Source: Nanobdellota archaeon (GTDB lineage Archaea > Nanobdellota > Nanobdellia > Woesearchaeales > WJIZ01). Taken from it: a stretch of DNA of 49,419 bases. The position numbers and the translations under genes were made by a program. Below are positions 44,969-49,419 of this stretch, one piece after another. The notes under the pieces are model-generated. The model was not told where the DNA came from, did not search any database, and worked only from the letters and a program-made list of their open reading frames with translations. The stretch spans positions 1 to 49,419 of the forward strand of contig JAUSJW010000112.1 in the NCBI GenBank assembly GCA_030647105.1, given 5' to 3'. The first letter of the stretch is position 1. Every line of letters starts with the position of its first letter.

Positions 44969-45038
44969 GCGGCTGGTCAGCCGGGGGAAGCCCCCCTCGG
45001 GGTGGCTGACGAGGGCTGCGGAGCAGCCCGACAGCCGC
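44969..45038 (+). ncRNA. Structured three-way-junction element, copy A (unassigned family)
   Basis: P1 GCGGCTG/CAGCCGC; P2 GTCAGCC/GGCTGAC; GA; P3 GGGCTGC/GCAGCCC; GA. A paralogue at 46717-46795 carries compensatory P1 changes. The strand choice is tentative and based on the GA/GA junction. Confidence 0.45.
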
Positions 45039-45116
45039 CAAACACTCAAAACCGTCGTTTTCTTGTCTCCAATCGCTTTTGGGAAGCCTTATAAACGTCC
45101 TAACCTGCCTTTCCTT

Positions 45117-46163
45117 GTGAAAGGCCTGACCGAGGAGGAGCTGGAATCCATCCGCAAAGAATTGCGGCAGTGCAAGAAGCCCCTCTTTTTCTACGATGAT
45201 GACGCGGATGGCGTGACGAGCTTCCTTTTGCTCTACCGCTGGGTCAAGGAAGGCAAGGGCATCATCGTCAAGAGCAAGCCGACCGTGGACGAGAGCTTCG
45301 CGAGAAAAGTCGAAGAGCTCGATCCGGACAAGGTGTTTGTGCTCGACATGGCTGTCATGACTGAGGAGTTTGTCGCGGCCTGTCATCGCCCCATCATCTG
45401 GATTGACCACCACCAGCCCCTCCGGCTCGACAATGTCAAGTATTTCAACCCGCGAAAGCACGTTTCAGATATCGTCTATCCTACTTCCAACATCTGCTAC
45501 GACATCGTCCAGCAAGACCTGTGGCTCGCGATGGTCGGCTGTGTGGGCGATTGGCACCTTCCCTATTTCACAAAAGAGTTCTGCAAGCAGTACCCCGACC
45601 TGTTGAACGCGGATGTCAAGAACCCCGACGACGCCTTATTCGACTCCAAGATAGGAAAACTAGTGCATATCGTGAGCTTCCTGCTCAAAGGCGATACCAA
45701 GGAAGTGAAGAAGTGCGTCGAAATGCTCGGGAAAGTCCAGTCGCCCTACGAGATTCTCAATCAAGAGACAGATGCGGGCAAGTATCTGGTGAAGAAATAC
45801 GAAGCCCTCTCGCACGATTACCGCAAGCTCCTGCAGGAAGCGAAGAAGAAGGCGGGCAAGGGTAAGCTGCTTGTTTTCGCTTACAACGATGATAGGATGA
45901 GTTTCACGAGCGAGCTCTCGAATGAGCTCCTCCACATCCACCCCGATAAACTTGTTATCATCGCGCGCAAAAAGGACGGCTCGATGCGCATGAGCCTGCG
46001 CTGTTCCTGGGCCAATATTCCTCCGATGCTGGATAAGGCGCTTTCGGGTCTGCAGGGAAGGGGCGGCGGGCATGAGCACGCCTGCGGAGCCGATGTTGCC
46101 GCCGAACAGTTCGACGAGTTTCTCCAGCGGCTCGAGAAATTAGCGGATGAAGAGAAGAAGTAA
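45117..46163 (+). CDS. DHH/DHHA1-family phosphoesterase (RecJ/NrnA-like)
   Basis: FFYDDDADG, IWIDHHQP and GGGHEHACGA motifs. I place the start at in-frame GTG 45117, about 25 nt downstream of the TATA at 45089-45096. The track start at 44967 lies upstream of that TATA. Confidence 0.8.
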   Translation: MKGLTEEELESIRKELRQCKKPLFFYDDDADGVTSFLLLYRWVKEGKGIIVKSKPTVDESFARKVEELDPDKVFVLDMAVMTEEFVAACHRPIIWIDHHQPLRLDNVKYFNPRKHVSDIVYPTSNICYDIVQQDLWLAMVGCVGDWHLPYFTKEFCKQYPDLLNADVKNPDDALFDSKIGKLVHIVSFLLKGDTKEVKKCVEMLGKVQSPYEILNQETDAGKYLVKKYEALSHDYRKLLQEAKKKAGKGKLLVFAYNDDRMSFTSELSNELLHIHPDKLVIIARKKDGSMRMSLRCSWANIPPMLDKALSGLQGRGGGHEHACGADVAAEQFDEFLQRLEKLADEEKK

Positions 46164-46350
46164 CGTAAATTTTATATACTGGGTTCTGTCTTCTTCCTTC
46201 TATGACGTTTGCTTGCGACTTGATGCGTAAGATTCCGCTTGCCTAAAGGCTAGCGCATCGTCCCGATTTCTTCAACACGCGTTTCGCGACGTGGTGTCTT
46301 TTTATCGCCGTGTATGATGATTTCTAGAGGATGCGTGTGCCACCCCGACC

Positions 46351-46692
46351 ATGACAGAACTCGACGAACACGCGAAGGCGTTCCTGAACGCGCTTGATTT
46401 TTACGGCGAAGATACTGCCAAGGAGATTCGGGCGGCCCTCACCGAGTATCTGACTGCGATGGGCCTCTCGTCGCTCGCCGTCAGGTTCAGGCACGCGCAT
46501 CTCGAGCACCAGACCGCCCCCTTCGAGAATGTCGTCCGGATGCGCAATCCCCTCCCCCTCCTATGCCTCCAGCCCGGCTACCTGAAAGAAGGCAAATCTC
46601 CTGTCGGGTTAGTCGCCGCTCTCAAGGAAGCCTATTTCGAGAAAGGCAACGTCCCCGAAGAGATGAGATGGCCGGATACGATACACTATTAG
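46351..46692 (+). CDS. Hypothetical protein (113 aa)
   Basis: ORF only; no family recognised. Confidence 0.45.
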   Translation: MTELDEHAKAFLNALDFYGEDTAKEIRAALTEYLTAMGLSSLAVRFRHAHLEHQTAPFENVVRMRNPLPLLCLQPGYLKEGKSPVGLVAALKEAYFEKGNVPEEMRWPDTIHY

Positions 46693-46716
46693 GGGAGATG
46701 TGCTAACGTAAGTAGG

Positions 46717-46795
46717 AGCCAGTTGGCGCCGGTCAGCCAATTTTCTTGGCTGACGAGGGCTCGAAGAGCCCGACGGCGCCTTCCTCTAACTGGCT
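46717..46795 (+). ncRNA. Structured three-way-junction element, copy B (with an extra outer stem)
   Basis: Outer stem AGCCAGTT/AACTGGCT; P1 GGCGCCG/CGGCGCC; P2 GTCAGCC/GGCTGAC; GA; P3 GGGCTC/GAGCCC; GA. Lies between two convergent gene ends. Confidence 0.45.
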
Positions 46796-46804
46796 ATTTA
46801 GCAA

Positions 46805-46936
46805 TTAAATCGTTCGCTTCTTCATATCCTTAACTTTCTTCTCGCTCACCGGAATGTCCGAATTCTCGTCAATATCCATATCCCGCTCAGCCTCTTCCCA
46901 CGCTTGCCGCAATTTCCTATTGAGTTTGTTATCCAT
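46805..46936 (-). CDS. Candidate small ORF (43 aa), coupled to the HD gene
   Basis: My own translation: MDNKLNRKLRQAWEEAERDMDIDENSDIPVSEKKVKDMKKRTI. Its ATG overlaps the HD gene stop (ATGGATAA). Too short for the ORF track and supported by nothing else. Confidence 0.25.
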   Translation of the reverse strand: MDNKLNRKLRQAWEEAERDMDIDENSDIPVSEKKVKDMKKRTI

Positions 46937-47456
46937 GCGTCATCCCCTCCACTTCGTCTTTTAAAGCGATAAACCTATCAACTTGGTCAGGCAGTTCTTG
47001 AGTATACCGTTCCACAACCGCGGAGAACGGCTTTTCCACATGCCCGAAAACCAAATTGTCCGCGTGCGCGATGATTTTCTCTTCTTTTGAAACAGGAACG
47101 TACTCTTGAGGGGGCAAAGGCAGCTTCTTTGCGAGAATTTCCTTTTTTGTAATCCCTGCCCCGATATGTCGCTCAGCGATGAGCGCCAACGATTCAGGAA
47201 GCCCCTCTTTTCTCAAAATCTCCCCTCCAATGATTCCGTGCTTTATCCCTTCCTTTCCCAGTCCAGCTTTATACCTGCCAATATCATGCAATAAACTTCC
47301 AATCCGAATCAGCTCAAGGTCGACTCCAGGCACCTGTTTCCCAATCCTCAGCGCAATCTCCTTCACTTTCTGCACATGCGCGAGAATCTTGTGGAAAATC
47401 TCATCGCTAGTGATATGCTTCCGTAAGAGCGCGACAGCCTGTTCTTCGGTAATCAT
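46929..47456 (-). CDS. HD-domain metal-dependent phosphohydrolase
   Basis: LLHDIGR and the HxxxxxD pattern. TATA (47476-87, minus sense) lies 25 nt upstream. Confidence 0.8.
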   Translation of the reverse strand: MITEEQAVALLRKHITSDEIFHKILAHVQKVKEIALRIGKQVPGVDLELIRIGSLLHDIGRYKAGLGKEGIKHGIIGGEILRKEGLPESLALIAERHIGAGITKKEILAKKLPLPPQEYVPVSKEEKIIAHADNLVFGHVEKPFSAVVERYTQELPDQVDRFIALKDEVEGMTHG

Positions 47457-47756
47457 AATGTTGTTAGGAGAACCACTCTTTTAAGGGTTTCTAAAAGAGA
47501 AGCGATTCCAACGTATCCATAGGATTCTAAGTCATTCCTTTTCAAAAAGAAAGCCTTCGGCGGGGTACGATTATTTTTTAGGGCAGAACCCTGAACGGGA
47601 TTGCTTCAAGATTACATTCCCCTAAGCAAATCAAACAAATCAAGAATCACGTCAATCCCGTAGACCATCCGGAAGCGCAAGAGGACGTTGGAAGCGATAA
47701 TCAAGAGAATCAGGATCCAGACACTTCGTTTGGCCTTCTTGGAATACATAAGTAAG

Positions 47757-47948
47757 AGGGGGCCCGAAGGCCCCCTTAGGTTATTTCGTGAAAGATGGCT
47801 TGCGCCATCCGATGAGCGAAGGCAGGCAGGACTCCTGCCTGCCAAAATCCTCTTTTTCCCTAAGTCGTGGGAACGTAAGGTAGGAAAAGGAAAGGCTCCT
47901 GCCATTGTTTGTGGGGGGTGGTTAAGAACAAGGGGAGCAGGAGCCTTT
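47757..47948 (-). other. Cluster of three strong GC-rich hairpins in a 0.5-kb stretch without a convincing gene
   Basis: H1 at 47757-47776 has an 8-bp stem; on the minus strand the loop is a C(UUCG)G tetraloop. H2 at 47821-47843 has a 10-bp stem and 3-nt loop. H3 pairs 47891-47902 with 47937-47948 (12 bp, 34-nt loop). Confidence 0.6.
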
Positions 47949-47994
47949 GAATGGGAGGAGCGATGCCTGGCAACGCTTCATGCTAGCGCTCTAG

Positions 47995-48402
47995 CTATTT
48001 CGTCTTGAGGGGGGGCTGCTTCATCTCTTTCAGCCAGAGCAGGCCGATGTGGATGAGCTCCTTGTTGAACTTGTCGCTGAGCTTGTAGGTCTTCTTGTAC
48101 AGGTCGTAGTCGATAAGGCCCATGCTCTTCATGGGCGTGAGTATCCTGTCGTAAAACTGCCGCTTGTTGTACGACACCTTGACTTTCCTGCCTTGGTACG
48201 GCGGCTCCTGGATGATGTCGGTAATCAGCGTGCCTTCATGCAGTTGCGTCGCAAACATGCTCATCTCCGTTTTTCCAATTTCGTTGCCGTTTTCCTTGAT
48301 GTGCTCGATGAGCAGCTTCGCTACGATAATCTGCTGCTTGGTCGCGAAGACCACCTCGTACACATCCTCGGGCAGATTGAACCGGTCGAACAGGATGACC
48401 AT
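47995..48402 (-). CDS. Hypothetical protein (135 aa)
   Basis: ATG 48402 lies 26 nt downstream of the TATA (48421-34, minus sense). No family recognised. Confidence 0.5.
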   Translation of the reverse strand: MVILFDRFNLPEDVYEVVFATKQQIIVAKLLIEHIKENGNEIGKTEMSMFATQLHEGTLITDIIQEPPYQGRKVKVSYNKRQFYDRILTPMKSMGLIDYDLYKKTYKLSDKFNKELIHIGLLWLKEMKQPPLKTK

Positions 48403-48626
48403 TCTTTTCTCATAACTAAACTAGTATATAAATGTTTTCTTTTAAGGTACTAGTATACCTTTTACCATATCAGTTTGAAATGGGTATTTGAGACGACAAA
48501 TTATGCTTTTTCATGTCGGAGCGTGCCCACAGGGTTCCGCCCTATTGATTGTCAGTCACCTGCCGAAGGCTTAATTTGGTATTGGTTTTCCAAATCCTTT
48601 TATAGAGAACTCGAATCAAAGAGCAT

Positions 48627-49184
48627 ATGCAATCCTTCAATCCCCAAGGCATCCTCTATTTTCCGTATGCGTTCTTCAACAGGAAGCTCCTAACTCCTAA
48701 CGAGTCCGTCAAGAGTATCAACGACATCGATTTCAAGAAGCTAAAAACTCAAGGCTTCAAGGCAATCCTCATCGACAAGGACAACACCCTGACAGCGCCA
48801 TATCAAACGAAAATCTCCCCGCTCATCAAAAAGGGGTTTCAGGAGTGCAAAAAAACATTCGGTAAATCCGTCGCTATCTTCTCCAACCACGCAGGAACAG
48901 CCGACGACTTCGATTACGCGACTGCGAAAGCCATTGAGAAGTCATTAGGCATCGCAGTCATCCGCCACAAAAAGAAGAAGCCCGCGGGCATGGAGGAAGT
49001 CGAAGCGTTCTTCAACTGCCGGCCAGAAGAAATTATTGTCATTGGCGACCGCCTATTCACCGACATCGCCTTCGGCAACCGCTACGGCTGCCACACGATT
49101 CTCGTCAACCCCCTAACCAAGAGATATGAGAACGCGCTCTCCGCCTGGGTCGCTGGATGGGAAAGAAAATTGATACGCAATTAA
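48627..49184 (+). CDS. HAD-superfamily phosphatase, YqeG/PGP-phosphatase-like (subfamily IIIA)
   Basis: ILIDKDNTLT (DxDxT) and VIGDRLFTDIAFGN motifs. TATA at 48597-48607. Confidence 0.8.
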   Translation: MQSFNPQGILYFPYAFFNRKLLTPNESVKSINDIDFKKLKTQGFKAILIDKDNTLTAPYQTKISPLIKKGFQECKKTFGKSVAIFSNHAGTADDFDYATAKAIEKSLGIAVIRHKKKKPAGMEEVEAFFNCRPEEIIVIGDRLFTDIAFGNRYGCHTILVNPLTKRYENALSAWVAGWERKLIRN

Positions 49185-49419
49185 GCGAAAAAACTCCTCA
49201 CTCGTTCCGCCCATCGCTTCGTAATCTGCATCTTCCATTCTGGCGGGAAACATTTCGCGTAATGCTCCCAAGTATAGCGAGCATCCATGAAGACAACTAC
49301 CCCCCTGTCCGTCTCTGAGCGAATGCATCTTCCAGCGTTCTGCATGGTCTTGGTGATGGCGGGATAAATGTACCCGTAATTCATCCCCTCGCCATACTTG
49401 TCATCATAATAGGAAATCA
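49181..49419 (-). CDS. XPD/Rad3-type helicase, C-terminal end only (gene continues beyond the window)
   Basis: ...YPAITKTMQNAGRCIRSETDRGVVVFMDARY is the Helicase_C_2 motif VI region. The frame stays open to the window edge. Confidence 0.7.
   Translation of the reverse strand, partial: ISYYDDKYGEGMNYGYIYPAITKTMQNAGRCIRSETDRGVVVFMDARYTWEHYAKCFPPEWKMQITKRWAERVRSFFA

Noticed and set aside
44805-45461. 218-aa minus-strand ORF, and the N-terminal extension of the DHH ORF from 44967
   Set aside because: Both run through the structured element and across two TATA boxes. The DHH motifs begin only after the GTG at 45117.
44969-46795. Hammerhead ribozyme, suggested by GUC ... CUGACGAG-stem-CGAC in both structured elements
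   Set aside because: The CUGANGA-like string is fully base-paired with the GUCAG strand in a 7-bp helix. The obligatory GAAA after stem II is replaced by GAC in both copies. The conserved catalytic core is therefore not present.
47612-47905. 97-aa minus-strand ORF
   Set aside because: The N-terminal two thirds are encoded by three strong GC hairpins and give an Arg/Gly/Ser-rich product. Only the last 45 codons are mentioned, as a speculative small ORF.
47457-47994. SRP (7S) RNA or RNase P RNA in the hairpin-rich gap
   Set aside because: I found neither the conserved SRP domain IV motif (GGAA-type tetraloop with the flanking AGCA/GGA loops) nor the RNase P P4 consensus (AGGAAAGUCC-like).

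Overview
This is a 49.4-kb archaeal chromosomal segment. The archaeal assignment rests on three lines of evidence. The ORFs encode a thermosome, GatD+GatE, prefoldin alpha next to FtsY, an archaeal-type AlaRS, ApgM, Nre, SMC and TruD. There are three tRNA genes, two of them with insertions or introns. Promoters are very regular: RAAACCTTTTTATA-like BRE/TATA boxes sit about 25 nt upstream of start codons, so most mRNAs are probably leaderless. Genes are tightly packed, with many 1-8 nt overlaps (ATGA, GTGA, TAATG junctions). Short-looking housekeeping proteins together with Cys-rich or pilin-like envelope proteins fit an uncultivated small-genome (DPANN-like) archaeon, but the taxon cannot be fixed from sequence alone. 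I call 50 protein-coding regions, 3 tRNAs and several repeats and regulatory sites. I saw no CRISPR array, rRNA, integrase or transposase. The most notable non-standard signals are: (i) two paralogous, covarying three-way-junction RNA-like elements bracketing the DHH phosphoesterase and 113-aa gene pair; (ii) a perfect 44-nt (CTT)n microsatellite inside the 77-nt overlap of two convergent glycosyltransferase genes, read as poly-Ser on one strand and poly-Lys on the other; (iii) an initiator tRNA-Met with about 24 extra nt in the T-arm, abutted by a free-standing, AT-rich LAGLIDADG gene; (iv) three cases where the 3' end of a gene (two tRNAs, one ORF) is copied again 78-97 nt downstream, with inserts that share 9-mers with each other and with element (i); (v) a TrmB-like regulator preceded by a duplicated palindrome-plus-promoter module and translationally coupled to three envelope proteins. 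All product calls come from motif recognition by eye; no database search was run.
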